64,000 bases of DNA from an uncultured Acidobacteriota bacterium. Its GTDB lineage: Bacteria; Acidobacteriota; Thermoanaerobaculia; Gp7-AA8. Positions 39,401-49,600 of the stretch are shown here, piece after piece. Each line of letters starts with the position of its first letter. Positions within the stretch are counted from its first letter, which is position 1. The stretch covers positions 1,248,001 to 1,312,000 of the forward strand of contig CAWGHO010000003.1 in NCBI GenBank assembly GCA_963822445.1, in the 5' to 3' direction. Below the pieces are notes generated by a model, which had not been told where the DNA came from, did not search any database, and worked only from the letters and a program-made list of their open reading frames with translations. The position numbers and the translations under genes are program-made.

Positions 39401-42400
39401 GTTGTTGGTGACGACGATCGAGTAGTCGGACGTTGCTCCGGCGACCGGGGCGAGGGTGTTGGTCACGCCGACGCTGAGGTCCGCGTTCGCCGTAACCGTT
39501 GCGGATGCATTCGCGGTGTTGTTCGCGCCGTTCGGATCGAACTGGCTCGCGGCGACGGACACGGTCATGGACGCGCTGCCGGCGGCGCTCGTGGCGACGG
39601 TGATGGTCACGTTGACCGTGGCCTGATCGGCGAGGTTGCCGATGGTGCAGGTCAGGTTCGGCGCGCCGGTGCAGATGGCCGGGCTGGCGCTGACGAAGGT
39701 CACGTTCGCCGGGAGCGACGCGCTGAAGGCGACGCCGGAGGCATTCGAGCCGCCGTTGTTCGTGACGGAGACGTTGTAGGTGAACGAGTCGCCGGTGTTC
39801 ACCGTCGACGGCGTGGCGGTCATGGCGATGGAGATGTCCGCCTGCACGGTGTTCGTCGTCAGCTGCAGATCGGTCGCGCTGTACGCCGGAATGAGATTCG
39901 TCCCGAAGCCGAGGTTCAGGCCGTTCTTGTTGGCGAAGTCGGTGTTGCCGGGACGCGACCCAAAGGTGAGGATCTGGAAGGTATTGCCCGAGGCGGGGAG
40001 GAAGCTGTTGATGGTGGAGATGTTCAGATCGCTGGCGAGCGTGACCGCGCCGGTGACGACGAGTTGGTCGTAGCCGCTGCCGGCGGTGGTGCCGCCCAGC
40101 TCGATGTCGAGCGTGCCGCTGCTGGACTGGGTGTAGGGGCCGGTGATGTTCAGCGTTCCCGCGGCGGAGGCGCCGCCGGGGATCACCGCCGCGCCGGAGT
40201 TGTTGACCGTCGCGGTGATGGTGCCGGTGCCGCCGACCGTTCCACCCTGGAAGGACATGGGCTGGGTGGCGGAGACGTTGCCGCCGGTGAGCTTCAGCGC
40301 GCCCGCGGTCTGGGTGAAGTTGTAGGAGTTGAAGGCCAGCGTTCCGGTCTGGCTTTCGACAGTGCCGCTGTTGTTCACCGTCACCGCCATCATCGAGGTG
40401 CCGGTCCGGCCGTTCTTCCGGAACATGCCGCTGTTGTTGAACGGGCCGCCGTTGGTGATGGCCTCGTCGCCGAGGAGCTCGAACGTGCCCTCGTTGTCGA
40501 ACTGGCTGCCGTCGGTGTAGATGTGCAGGTAGGGGTAGGTATTCGGATTCGACGTCGTCCCGTACTGGACGCTTCCTCGGTTCGTGACCGTGCGCCCGCC
40601 AGTGATGTAGGTGTAGGTGGTGCTGGGCATCGAGACGGTGGTGCCGGTCTCGAAGATGGTCGTGCCGGCGCCGGTCATCGAGCCGCCGGACCAGATGTGG
40701 GCCGTGGCGGTGCCAGTGGCGGTGACGGTGCCGGTTCCGCCGAGCGTGCCGTTGGACATCTTCAGGAGGACGGTGTTGGTGGCGGCGTTGAAGTTCGCGA
40801 TGCCGCTGGTGATCTCGATCTCGTCGGTGGTGACGGCCACGTTGAAGGTGTTCGTGCCGTTGGTGATTTTCGTCTTCGTGGTGCCGCTGGTGTTGTAGGC
40901 GGCGTCGACGACGGTCGTGCCGCCGCTGAGGAGCAGGGTGCCGCCGGTGTTGGTGATCGAACTGGCTGACTGGATAGCGTGCGCTCCGTAGCCGCCGAAC
41001 TGCAGCGTCGTTCCCGCGCCGATGTTGAACGGGCCGGTGTGCGTTCCGCCGCCGCCGTTGAAGGCGAGCGTGCCCGTGGAGACGCTGGTCGTGCCAGCAT
41101 TGTTGAACGTGACCTGGAGATCGGAGCTGTTGCCGCCGGTCTTGGTGACCGTGCCGGTGCCGGTGTTGGTGAACGTGCCGCCGTTGGTGATGCTCTCGTT
41201 CCCGACGAGGGTGAACGTGCCGTGGTTGGTGAGCGAGCTGCCGTCGTTGTAGATGTGCAGATAGGGGTAGTAGTTCGGATTGCTGGTCGTGCCGTAGGTC
41301 GTCGCACCCTTGAGGGTGAGCGCACGGCCGCTGGTGAGATAGGTGTAGGTGGTACTGGGCATCGACAGCGTGGTGCCGCTCTCGAAGATCGTGGCGCCGG
41401 CGCCGGTCATGCTGCCGCCCGACCAGACGTGGGTGGTGGCCGTGCCGTTGACGGTGACCGTGCCCGTGCCGCCGAGCGTGCCGTTGCTCATCTGGAAGCG
41501 CGTGGCCGTGGTGGCGCCGTTGAAGTTGCCGGTGCCGTTGGTGAGCTCGATCAGATCGTTGCTCACCGGCGTGTTGAAGGTGACCGTTCCTCCTGTCACA
41601 CGGGTTGTGGTCGAGCCGCTGGTCGAATAGGTGCCGTTGACGACGGTTGTGCCGGCGGACTGCTGAAGGGTGCCGTTGGAGGTGATCGAGCTCGCCGCCT
41701 GAACAGTATGCGTCCCGTAGCCGCCGAACAAGAGCGTGGAGCCCGCGGCGATGCTGAACGGACCGCCGTGCGTGCCGCCGCCGCCGCTGAGGGCGATGGC
41801 CCCCGAGGAGACGTTGACCGAGCCGTTGTTGTTGAACGTGACGGCGAGGTCCGAGGTGCCGGTCCCGGCGGTCTTGGCGAACGTGGCGCCGGGATTGTTG
41901 TTGAACGTCCCGCCGTTGGTGAAGCTTTCGTTCGCGATCAGCGTGACCGAGCCGTTGTTGTTGAAGGTGCTGCCGTCGTTGTAGATGTGCAGGTAGGGGT
42001 AGTAGTTGACGTTGCCGTTCGTGCCGTAGGTGAGCGCGCCTTTGTTGTCGAGCGTGCGGCCGGAAGTCAGATAAGTGTAGTTGGTGGTCGGCATCGAAAT
42101 AGTGGTGCCGGTGTCGAAGATCGTCGTGCCGGTGCCGGTCATCGTGCCCCCCGACCAGACCAGCGGGTTCACGGTGCCGGAGAGGGTCACCGTGCCCGTT
42201 CCGGCGAGCACGCCGCCGCTCATGCTGAAGCGCGAGGAGGCGGTTGCGGCATTGAAGATCGCGGTGCCGTTGGTGATCTCGATCAGGTCGTTCGAGACCG
42301 TGGTGTTGAAGGTGATGGTGCCGCCGATGGCACGGGTGGCGCTCGCGCCGCTGGTGTTGTAGGCGCCGTTGACGACGGTCGAGCCGCCGGTGTTGGTGAG

Positions 42401-45400
42401 CGTGCCCGCGGAGGTGATCGAGCTGGTGGCCTGAACGGAATGCGTCGCGCCGCCGCCGAAGGTCAGGCCCGCGCCCGCGGCCACGTTGAACGGGCCGGTG
42501 TGCGTGCCGCCGCTGCCGGTCAGGGCGATCGTGCCGGTCGTAGCGGTCAGCGTGCCCTCGTTGTGGAAGACGACGCTGAGGTCGGACGTCCCGGTGCCGC
42601 CGGTCTTTGTGAACGTGCCGCCCGAAGCATTCTGGAACGTGCCGTTGTTGACGATGCTCTCGTTGGCGATGAGCGTGAACGAGCCGTTGTTCACGATCTT
42701 GCTGCCGTCGCTGTAGATGTGCAGGTAGGGGTAGTAGTTCGGATTGGCGGCCGTTCCGTAGCTGATCGTGCCGTTGTTGGTGATCGTGCGGCCGCCGGTG
42801 ACGTAGGTGTAGCTCGTGGTCGGCATCACCAGGGTCGTGCCGGTGTCGAAGACGGTGTTGCCGGTGCCGGTCATGGTGCCGCCCGACCAGGTGTGCGTGG
42901 AGAGGCCTGTCACCGTGACCGTCCCGGCTCCGCCGAGAACGCCGCCGGTCTGCTGGAATTGCGAGGTGACGGAAACCGCGGCGTTCGCGTTGAAGGTGCC
43001 GTTGGTGATCTCGAGGATGCTTGTCGTAGCGGCGGCGTTCATGTTCACGGTGCCGCCGGCGGCGCGGGTCTCACCGGTGACGGCATACGTCCCGGCGATG
43101 TTGGTGGTGTTGCCCGAGAAGAGGATGAGACCCGCCCCGTTGACCGTGGACGAGGCATCGAGGTTGTGGGTGTTGTTCGCGAACTCGAGCGTCGCCGACG
43201 TCACCGCGGTGAACGTGCCGCTGTGCGTGCCGGAGGTCTCGATGCGCATCGTGCCGCTCTGGCTCTCGATGGTCCCGGTGTTGGCGAAGGTCATCGTGCC
43301 GGCGACGTAGCTGATGCCGGTGCCGTTCAGCTTGCGGAGCGTGCCCGCGTTGGTGAACGTCGGCGTGGCGCCGGTGTAGTGGCAGACGCAGGACTCGGTG
43401 CTGCCGTTGGCGAGTGTGAAGTTGAGGAAGGCCGACGGCCGGTTGGTGAAGGTGGCCCCGGTGCTGAGATAGAGATAGCCGGTGCCGGAGATGTTGATCG
43501 TGCCGTAGTTGTCGAGGGTGCGGGCGTCGTTGTATCCGAGCATGCGCGCGGTGGTCCCAGGGAGGTTGAGCGTGCCGTCGGAATTGATCAGCGTCGTGCC
43601 GCCGCCCTCCATGTAGCCGCCGTTCCAGGTGATCGTTCCGGCGACGCCGCTGGTCAGCGTTCCCGGGCCGTTGATCGTGCCGCTGTCGAAGACCAGGGTG
43701 GGCATGGGGATGGTGACGCCCGTGGGGATGGTCACCGTCGCGCCGGCGATGCGGACGGTCCCCTGCGTGGTCAGGGCCGTGCCGCTGTTGAAGGTGAAGG
43801 TGCCGCCGGGGAAAACGTAGCTCGTGCCGGTCACGGCGTCCAGCGTGCCGCTGTTCGAGCCGCCGCCCTCGAAACGGATCGTGCCGGTCTCCAGGTCGAT
43901 CGTGCCGGTGTTTGTGAAGGCGACGCCGTTGCCGATCGGCGTGTAACCCGTGCTGGTGCCGCCGGATTTGCGGAACGTGCCGGCGTTGCTGAAGCTCACG
44001 CCGCTGCCGGTGTAGAGGCAGACGCAGGCCTCGATGTTGCCGGCGAAGCTCGCAGTGACGTGAAAGAGTCCCGTGGACTGGTTGATGAAGGTCGCCCCGC
44101 TGGACAGGTAGAGGTAGCCGGTCGAGGAGAGATTGATCGTGCCGGAGTTGTCGAGCGTGCGTGAGCCGGTGTAGCCGACGTACTTGCTGGACGTGCCGGG
44201 CATGTTCAGCGTGCCGCCGAGCGGAATGAGAGTCGTGCCGCCGCCGTCCATGGTGCCGTTGTTCCAGGTGATCGTGCCGGTGGCGCCGGTGCTCAGCGTG
44301 CCGCCGCCGTTGATGGTGCCGGCGTCGAAGCTCAGGGTCGGCATCTCCACGGTGACGCCGGTGGGGATGGTCACGGTCGCGCCGACGACCTGCACCGTCG
44401 ACAGCGTGGTCAGCGTCGACCCGGTGTTGAACGTGAAGGTGCCGCCCGGGAACACGTACTTCGTTCCGGCGATACCGTCGAGCGTTCCGTGGTTCGTGCC
44501 GCCATTCTCGAAGCGGATCGACCCGCTCTCGAGATCGATCGTTCCGGTGGACGCATTGGTGAAGAGGATCCCGCTGCCGATTTGGGTGTAGCCGGTGCTC
44601 GAGCCGCCCGTCTTACGGAACGTACCGGCGTTGGTGAAGGTCGCGCTGGCGCCCGTGTAGAAGCAGATGCACGACTCGAGGTTGCCGGCGTAGCTGGCGG
44701 TGATCTCGTAGAGCGCGCCGGCGCGGTTGGTGAACGTCGAGGCCGCGCTCAGATAGAGATAGCCCGTGCCGGTGACGTTGATCGTGCCGTAGTTGTCGAG
44801 GGTGCGCGCCGCGCTCATGCCGAAATACTTGTGCCCTGTGCCGGGCATGTTCAGCGTGCCGCCGGCGGGGATGAGCGTGGTTCCGGGGCCGTCCATGGTC
44901 CCGTTGTTCCAGGTGATGGTTCCGGTGGTGCCCGGGCTGAGCGTGCCGGCGCCGTTGATGGTGCCGCCGTCGAAGATGAGCGTGGGCATTTCGGCGGTCA
45001 GGCCGGTGGCAATGGTGAGGGTCCCGGCGACCATGCGGAACGTCGGCAGCGCGCTCAGCGTCGTTCCGCTGTTCAAAGTGAAGGTGGAGTTCGAGAAGTA
45101 GTAGGTCGCACCGGCCAGCCCATCGAGCGTGCCGCTGTTCGAGCCGCCGAAGTCGAAGCGGATCGTGCCGGTCTGGAGATCGACGGTGCCGGAGTTGGTG
45201 AAGGTGACGCTGTTGCCGAGGTAGGTGGTTCCTGTGCTCGAGCCGCCCGACTTGCGGAGCGTACCGGCATTGTTGAAAGTCGAGCCCGGGCCGCTGTAGT
45301 GGCAGACGCACGATTCGGTGCCGCCGGCCACGTTCGTGGTGATGTGGACCAGACCGGAGGGCTGATTGGTGAACGTGGCCGCGTCGCCCATGTAGAGGTA

Positions 45401-46567
45401 GCCGGTCCCGGTCAGGTTGATGGTTCCGGAGTTGTCGAGCGTCCGGCTGCCGGTGATGCCCAGGTACTTGTGGCTCGAGCCGGGCATGTTCAGCGTGCCG
45501 CCGTTGGGGACGAGGGTCGTGCCGCCGCCGTCCATCGTTCCGGCGTTCCAGGTGATGGTGCCGGTGGAGCCGGTGCTCAGCGTTCCGGTGCCGTTGATGG
45601 TGCCGTTGTCGAAGACGAGCGTCGGCAGAGCGAGGGTCACGCCGTTGGCGATGGTGGCCGTGCCGCCGGCCATGCGCATCGTTCCCGTTCCGGTCCAGTT
45701 CACGCCGGTGTTGAGATTGAAGGTGCCCCCCTGAAACTGGATCGTGCCCGGCGAGGCGGCGTTGAGCGTGCCGGCGATCGTTCCGCCGTTATCGAGACGG
45801 ATCGTTCCGCTCTGCGCGTCGATCGTGCCGCTGCTGCTGAAGACGATCCCGCTGCTGATCACCGTCACACCGGTTGCCGTCGACTTCCGCAGCGTGCCCG
45901 CGTTGGTGAACGTCGGCGTGGCGCCGGTGTAGTGATACAGGCCGGTGTCGGAGGTGTTCTGAATCAATCCGCTGGCCTGGTTGGCGAGCGTGGAGCCGTT
46001 GGCCATGTAGAGCAGGCCGGTGTCGCTCCAGGTGATGATGCCGTTGTTGGTGAGCGTCCGGGTATCGAGATACTTCGTCGACGTGGTGGACAGCGAGGCC
46101 GTGCCGTTGATCGTCAACGCTCCCGATCCGCTGATCCAGCCATTGGTCCAATTGAGCGCTCCATTGACGGTGAGAGCGCCGGCGCCGGTGACGGTGCCGT
46201 TGTTGATGTACAGCGTGGCGCCGGCGTCGACGGTCGATGCCGAGGCGATGGTGAGCGTGACGCCGCTTTTGACTTCGAGGGTCGGGTTATTGGTGAAGGC
46301 GTTGCCGACCGTGACGCTGTTGGCGGTGGCGGCGGTGTCGACGATGAGGTAGTTCGAGGTCTGGTCGGTGACGCCGATCTCGACGTCGTCCGAGGACGTC
46401 GGAACTCCGGCCGGACTCCAGTTCGAAGGCGTATTCCATTTGCCGTCGCCCGAGCCGTTGTTGTTCGTCCAGGTTTTCGTCACCGCAAGTGCCGGTGAAG
46501 ACAGGACTAATGCAAGAAATCCAACGGAGACCGCCCGCGCGGTTGCCCCGCAAAATTGGTAATGCAT
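33482..46567 (-). CDS. Giant secreted adhesin-like protein (4361 aa): beta-helix-like repeats, DUF11-like and Ig-like domains, six FN3-like domains, BACON-like domain, shared C-terminal module
   Basis: Uninterrupted ORF; signal peptide ending SSPALA; G/T/N-rich repeats; several V.NNGP..A DUF11-like units; ends with DAKTNDPTYVPAQ. Confidence 0.92.
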   Translation of the reverse strand: MHYQFCGATARAVSVGFLALVLSSPALAVTKTWTNNNGSGDGKWNTPSNWSPAGVPTSSDDVEIGVTDQTSNYLIVDTAATANSVTVGNAFTNNPTLEVKSGVTLTIASASTVDAGATLYINNGTVTGAGALTVNGALNWTNGWISGSGALTINGTASLSTTSTKYLDTRTLTNNGIITWSDTGLLYMANGSTLANQASGLIQNTSDTGLYHYTGATPTFTNAGTLRKSTATGVTVISSGIVFSSSGTIDAQSGTIRLDNGGTIAGTLNAASPGTIQFQGGTFNLNTGVNWTGTGTMRMAGGTATIANGVTLALPTLVFDNGTINGTGTLSTGSTGTITWNAGTMDGGGTTLVPNGGTLNMPGSSHKYLGITGSRTLDNSGTINLTGTGYLYMGDAATFTNQPSGLVHITTNVAGGTESCVCHYSGPGSTFNNAGTLRKSGGSSTGTTYLGNSVTFTNSGTVDLQTGTIRFDFGGSNSGTLDGLAGATYYFSNSTFTLNSGTTLSALPTFRMVAGTLTIATGLTAEMPTLIFDGGTINGAGTLSPGTTGTITWNNGTMDGPGTTLIPAGGTLNMPGTGHKYFGMSAARTLDNYGTINVTGTGYLYLSAASTFTNRAGALYEITASYAGNLESCICFYTGASATFTNAGTFRKTGGSSTGYTQIGSGILFTNASTGTIDLESGSIRFENGGTNHGTLDGIAGTKYVFPGGTFTFNTGSTLTTLSTVQVVGATVTIPTGVTVEMPTLSFDAGTINGGGTLSTGATGTITWNNGTMDGGGTTLIPLGGTLNMPGTSSKYVGYTGSRTLDNSGTINLSSTGYLYLSSGATFINQSTGLFHVTASFAGNIEACVCLYTGSGVSFSNAGTFRKSGGTSTGYTPIGNGVAFTNTGTIDLETGTIRFEGGGSNSGTLDAVTGTSYVFPGGTFTFNSGTALTTQGTVRIAGATVTIPTGVTIPMPTLVFDSGTINGPGTLTSGVAGTITWNGGYMEGGGTTLINSDGTLNLPGTTARMLGYNDARTLDNYGTINISGTGYLYLSTGATFTNRPSAFLNFTLANGSTESCVCHYTGATPTFTNAGTLRKLNGTGISYVAGTMTFANTGTIESQSGTMRIETSGTHSGTFTAVTSATLEFANNTHNLDASSTVNGAGLILFSGNTTNIAGTYAVTGETRAAGGTVNMNAAATTSILEITNGTFNANAAVSVTSQFQQTGGVLGGAGTVTVTGLSTHTWSGGTMTGTGNTVFDTGTTLVMPTTSYTYVTGGRTITNNGTISYGTAANPNYYPYLHIYSDGSKIVNNGSFTLIANESIVNNGTFQNASGGTFTKTGGTGTSDLSVVFHNEGTLTATTGTIALTGSGGTHTGPFNVAAGAGLTFGGGATHSVQATSSITSAGTLTNTGGSTVVNGAYNTSGASATRAIGGTITFNTTVSNDLIEITNGTAIFNAATASSRFSMSGGVLAGTGTVTLSGTVNPLVWSGGTMTGTGTTIFDTGTTISMPTTNYTYLTSGRTLDNKGALTYGTNGNVNYYPYLHIYNDGSTFNNNGSVTLIANESFTNGGTFNNNPGATFAKTAGTGTSDLAVTFNNNGSVNVSSGAIALSGGGGTHGGPFSIAAGSTLLFGGYGTHTVQAASSITSNGTLQQSAGTTVVNGTYSTSGSTTTRVTGGTVTFNTPVSNDLIELTNGTGNFNGATTATRFQMSNGTLGGTGTVTVNGTATTHVWSGGSMTGAGATIFESGTTLSMPSTTYTYLTSGRALTLKGATTYGTTSNPNYYPYLHIYNDGSSLTNHGTFTLVGNESITNGGTFTNTGTGTVTKTGGNSSDLQVTFNNAGTTSVSTGTLAFNGGGGTHTGPFNIGAGTTLQFGGYGAHAIQSASSITNTGGTLLLSGGTTVVDAAYNTSGTTKTKITNGTNTFNVAVTTDEIEITSGIANFNAATNTVLLKMSNGTLGGTGTVTATGTATAHIWSGGSMTGAGTTIFETGTTVSMPSTTYTYITGGRTVTNRGSVQYGTTSNPNTYPYLHIYTDGSQFDNEGTFELLGDEAITNGGPFNNSGMFRKNGRTGTSMMAVTVNNSGTVESQTGTLAFNSYNFTQTAGALKLTGGNVSATQPMSFQGGTVGGTGTITATVNNSGAAVIPGGASAAGTLNITGPYTQSSSGTLDIELGGTTAGSGYDQLVVTGAVTLASDLNISTINSFLPASGNTFQILTFGSRPGNTDFANKNGLNLGFGTNLIPAYSATDLQLTTNTVQADISIAMTATPSTVNTGDSFTYNVSVTNNGGSNASGVAFSASLPANVTFVSASPAICTGAPNLTCTIGNLADQATVNVTITVATSAAGSASMTVSVAASQFDPNGANNTANASATVTANADLSVGVTNTLAPVAGATSDYSIVVTNNGPDTANSVTLAITPSAQLTFSSASGACTNGFPCALGNLTIGQSVTINATWSVSPNATGNAQIAASVSAASPTDLDSSDDTSTATNAIAQEADVAVVKAGPSNVPPESGSTVTYSIAVTNNGPSEASAVTLDDSTPNGLTQLSVTGDCATLPCNLGVMSVGQTSNVQVTYSISGAVGTTYTNTATVSSAADSNTSNDSSSVVTTVSNCPATSITAPGAVNGGSAGNVASVTSVAGATYNWSIGNGTITGGQGTSSITFTAGTSGTVSLGVNVTSGSCVSNPSAVVTINPVHADLSVAKSGPANVSPATASTFTYSIDVTNNGPSVANSVTLSDPTPANLTFVSATGACSAFPCSLGTLTNGQTANVQVTYSFTGGSAYAVTNVATVSSANDPNSGNNSASVVTNVAACPTITITAPTSLEPGAAGTATATSVAGATYSWSITNGTITGGQGTNTINLTAGPSGTVSLNVTATVNSCSSNANTAFPITATTLSVTKTGPTSVSPTNASTITYTINVTNGGASAANSVTLSDPTPADLTFVSATGACTAFPCSLGTLNSGQSASVQATYSFSGGPAYSVTNVATVTSSSDPNPHTASITTAISACPTISITAPTALNPGANGAATATAVSGATYNWSITNGTITGGQGTNNITVTAGSVGTTQLGVNVTAGQCTGSATHQITVTSNQADVAITKSAPANVASAASFTYTLTITNNGPANADAVTVSDILPANVTFVSVSSGLCTSGPNVNCSLGTLAAGASQVITIDVTAPQGPATVTNIATVSTTSADPSNSNDSSSATTSVSAPPAQCPPNEPNLVAPENGANNLTSPVTFDWDPVANATLYELWIGEAGDDLTLAATTANTAFTIELSSGSFNWQVIANGAQSCTPKPSAVRSFTVPQIDTCAGNGVATGLSPDGGSFDSPVTLSWNAVPNAIGYIVRYRLGDEALQDAGPMTTATSLTASFPPGAITFVVDTLFSGCPSTRSTEESFTVEQPATCEGVATLTQPANGISISNGMIEFRWTAVSASSGYRVWLQSGMSAPEVLASTLDTTLTKVIPAGTHTWWVETLFPGCPSRESQRWTFTVLPAQNCDDRGRPALLSPSIDFTTSNATVNFSWTTVANAIEYELYLAPVGGVPTLIVTTPSTSATAEVATGHLEWFVRAIFSGCGATESDHRRFTYEPPPNCTANERAVLHAPSEGERIASPMFLDWNDVAGATSYELYVSHGNAEPELVRTTDESDAPNVQRQLGAGRWFVRTRFAQGCAALDSTESRFVVIPQVAACSQLEAPVISAPGQLSSGVVSLLQWSFVPGATSYSFEISTDPDFAAGSTTTNDTGNARQRAVLFTNRGTEPIAKYVRVRAIDTRCNPSNMGPYSSTALVYILPESTSEGSSPIGDANFVEYTLTLGPELAGEPFTATPTASWITVSPSNGSVPPGGRTLTVVVNTAGLPPGTNIGGVAITTGSSGRTGTTGTTVTKPVSISLVSPVTPTPKNTPPPDALVIPAVANADGIGSHFQSDVRVSNTSAQVMKYQLSFIPSGDAGITAGRQTTFSIEPGRTVALDDILKTWFGTGSTNSVGSLEVRPLTEVAKSTSSAAVGALANIVTFASSRTFNITPNGTFGQYIPAIPFANFVDQSKVLSLQQIAHSSQYRTNLGLVEGSGEPANLLVKVFGSTGAKLTEFEVLLKGGQHTQLNGFLSQHGITSLDDGRVEVSVTSGNGKVTAYASVLDNKTADPLLVSPVTLSDSANTRWVVPGVADLNNGAANWQTDMRVFNAGSTAEQLTLSFYSQNGGAPKVTSMTLQPGEVRQLDKILTGTFGVSQNGGAVHVTSADSARLIATARTYNLTTQGTYGQFIAAVTPAEAVGVGSRPLQLLQVEESPRYRSNIGLAEVTGKPVSLEVSIVPPDAKLTATVQVDLAPNEFRQITSMLAGLGMGDVYNARVTVRAVGGEGRATAYASVIDAKTNDPTYVPAQ
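40480..43000 (-). repeat. Four 732-bp (244-aa) intragenic repeats with YPYLHIY motif
   Basis: GTAGATGTGCAG recurs at 40517, 41249, 41981 and 42713. Confidence 0.85.
43300..45750 (-). repeat. Four ~640-bp (212-215 aa) intragenic repeats with ExCxC motif
   Basis: GCAGAYGCA at 43382, 44018, 44663 and 45302 (ESCVC, EACVC, ESCIC, ESCVC). Confidence 0.8.
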
Positions 46568-46658
46568 GAACCCCCCCAGTGGACCGGAAAACTGCCTCGA
46601 TTTGCCGAAGAAACAAAGTGTAACGGGAAACGTTCCCGCGCTGTGATTCAGCGCACGA

Positions 46659-46681
46659 GATGGGCCCCTGGCGGGCCCATC
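46659..46681 (-). terminator. Hairpin immediately after the 3500-aa gene (no T-tract)
   Basis: GATGGGCCC-CTGGC-GGGCCCATC. Confidence 0.4.
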
Positions 46682-46685
46682 CGGC

Positions 46686-49600
46686 TTACTGTGCAGGGAT
46701 ATACGTCGGATCGTTGGTCTTCAGATCTATGACCGACGCATAGGTGGTGGCGCGCCCCTCGCCGCTGACGGCGCGGACGCTGACACGGGCGTTGTAGATG
46801 TCGCCGACGCCTACTCCGGTCAGCATTGAATTCAGCTGGCGGAACTCGTTCGGTCCGAGATCGACTTGGAGGGTCGCGGTGAACTTCGCGTCCGGCGGAA
46901 CGATCGAAACCTCGAGCGTCACCGGCTTCCCGGTCACCTCGGCGAACCCGATGTTCGACCGGTAACGCGCCGACTCCTCGACCTGCAGGAGCTGCAGCGG
47001 ACGCGATCCGACCGCGACCGACTCCGCGGGCGTCACCGCGGAGATGAACTGGCCGTACGTGCCCTGGGTGGTCTGATTGTAGGTGCGGGCGGTGGCGATG
47101 AGGCGCGACTCGGTCGGCGTGGCGATGTGCAGCGCGCCACCATCCTGCGAGGCGTTGAACAGCGACAGCACGCGATCGAGCTGGCGGACTTCGCCCGCGG
47201 CCAGAGTCATGGTCGTCGTCTTCGGCTCGCCGCCGTTCTGGGAGATGAACGAGAGCGTCACGTCGGTGCTGGTGCTGCCGGCGTTGAAGACGCGGACGTC
47301 GCTCTGCCAGTTGGTGGTGCCGTTGCTGATGTCGGCGACGCCGGGCACGACCCACTTGGTGTTGCCGGTGCTGCTCAAGGTGACCGGCGAGACGAGGAGC
47401 GGATCGGCGGTCTTGTTGTCGAGCACCGAGGCGTACGCGGTGACCTTGCCGTTGCCGCTCGCAACCTGCACTTCGACGCGGCCGTCATCGAGCGAGGTGA
47501 TGCCGTGCTGCGCGAGGACGCCGTTGAGCTGCGTGTGCTGGCCGCCGTTCAGCTTGACCTCGAACTCGGTCAGCTTCTGGCCGGTCGCGCCGAAGACTTT
47601 GACGAGCAAATGCGCCGGTTCACCGGAGGCTTCGACGAAGCCGAGGTTCGTGCGGTACTTGTCGGATTGGGCGATCTGCTGCAGCGACAGGATGGTCGGC
47701 TGCAACGCGTCGGTCGACTTGCCGATGAAGTTCGCGAACGGAATGGCGGGGATGTACTGACCGAAGGTGCCGTTCGGCGTGGCGTTGAACGTGCGCGACG
47801 AGGCGAAGGTAACGAGATTCGCGAGCGCTCCGACCGCGGCGCTCGACGTCGACTTCGCAACTTCGGTCAGCGGACGGACTTCGAGCGAGCCGACGGCGTT
47901 GCTCGTGCCGGTGCCGAACCAGGTCTTGAGGATGTCGTCGAGGGCGACGGTGCGGCCGGGCTCGATGGTGAACGTGGTCTGGCGTCCGGCGGTGATGCCC
48001 GCCTCGCCGGTCGGGACGAAGCTGAGCTGGTACTTCATCAACTGCGCAGAGGTGTTGCTGACGCGCACGTCGGACTGGAAGTGGGAGCCGATACCGTCGG
48101 CATTCGCGACCGCGGGGATGACCAGCGCGTCGGGCGGCGGGGTGTTCTTCGGCGTCGGGGTGACCGGCGTGACGAGGCTGACCCCGAACGGCACGCTGAC
48201 GCTCGTCCCCTCGGTCTTCACCCGTCCCGATTCATTGAGGTTGATCGTGACCGAGCCGAGGCTGGTGCCGGGGGGCAGGCCGGCGGTGTTGGCGGTGACG
48301 GTGAGGATGATGCCGCCGGCCGGAACGACACCCGAGGCTGGAGAAACGCTCAACCATGCCTCGGTGGTGATCGCGGTGAAGGTCTGACCGGCGAGCTCGG
48401 CGCCGAGCGGAAGTGTGTAGGTGATCACGCTGCCGTCGCCGAACTGCGCGGATCCGTCGGACTCGTTGCTCGGGAGGATGAAGATCGCCGAGACGGGACC
48501 GAAAGCGCCGACCGTCGCTGTCGGTGTGCAGCGCGCGTCGAGGGCGCGAACGCGCGCGTAACGCGCCGTCGGCGTGGTGGTGGCCACGACGAGCTCATGT
48601 TCGGTCGCGGTGGTGCTGATGACGCTGGACGGCTCGAAGCTCTCGCTGGTCGAAAGCTGGAGCTGATACGACGTGGCGCCGGCGATCGGCGTCCACTGCA
48701 GGACGAACTCGACGCCGCTGGAGATCTGTCCTGGCGCGGAGACGATCGGCGTGCTCAGCGTGGCGCAGGCGGCCGGCGTCGAAATGATCTCGAGGGTGTG
48801 CTCGATCGAGTCGAGCGGCGCACAGGTTTCGCCGTAGAACGCGCGTACGAACCAGCGGTAGTTTCCGGTGGCCAGGGCGATGTCGTTGGCTTCGGACGCG
48901 GTCGTGTTCGCGATCATGACCGGCGCATCCGTGCCGCGAATCACGTACAGCTCGTAGCGTGAGGCACCGGGATGGTTCCAGTCGAAGTCGACCGGCGCGG
49001 CGATGGAAGCGTCGTCGAGCGGCGCCGAAAGCAGGGCACGGTGATTCTGCTCGCACGCTGCCGGCGGCGTGTAGGTGAAGCGCGCGGACTGCGAGTCGCG
49101 CGTGGGGCAGCGATCGATGAGCGCACGGACGAACCAGGACAGCTCGCCGGGCGGCACGAGATGGACGAGCGACGTCACCGTCGCGGGCGTGGTGGCGATG
49201 AGCGTCGGCGTGCCGTTGTCGAGACCGAGCCAGACTTCGTAGCCGATGGCGTCAGCGACGCCGTTCCAGTCGAGGGTCACGGTCGCGGTGGTGACGTTCT
49301 GCTGATTCACCGGCGAGACGAGTTGGGGCTTGTCGTTGCTGCACTCGTTGCGCGCGGGGATGGTGAAGCGATGGCGCGCGGACTCGGTCGCGGCGCAACC
49401 GTCGTAGAGCGCCTGGACGAACCAGATCACGTCGCCGCGCTCGAAGGTCGTGCGCAGGGAGGTCTCACTGGTCGTCTCTCCGACGACGGCCGGTGCCGCA
49501 CCGTCGACCGAAGCAAACACGCGATACCCATCGGCGGTCGCGGCTTCGGTCCACTGCATCTCGACCGAGGAGGAGTTGATGAGGGTGTTGTTCGCGGGCG

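Noticed and set aside
33482-46567. Classical type V autotransporter
   Set aside because: The passenger looks beta-helical, but the C-terminus ends in PAQ and shows no recognisable barrel or terminal aromatic residue.
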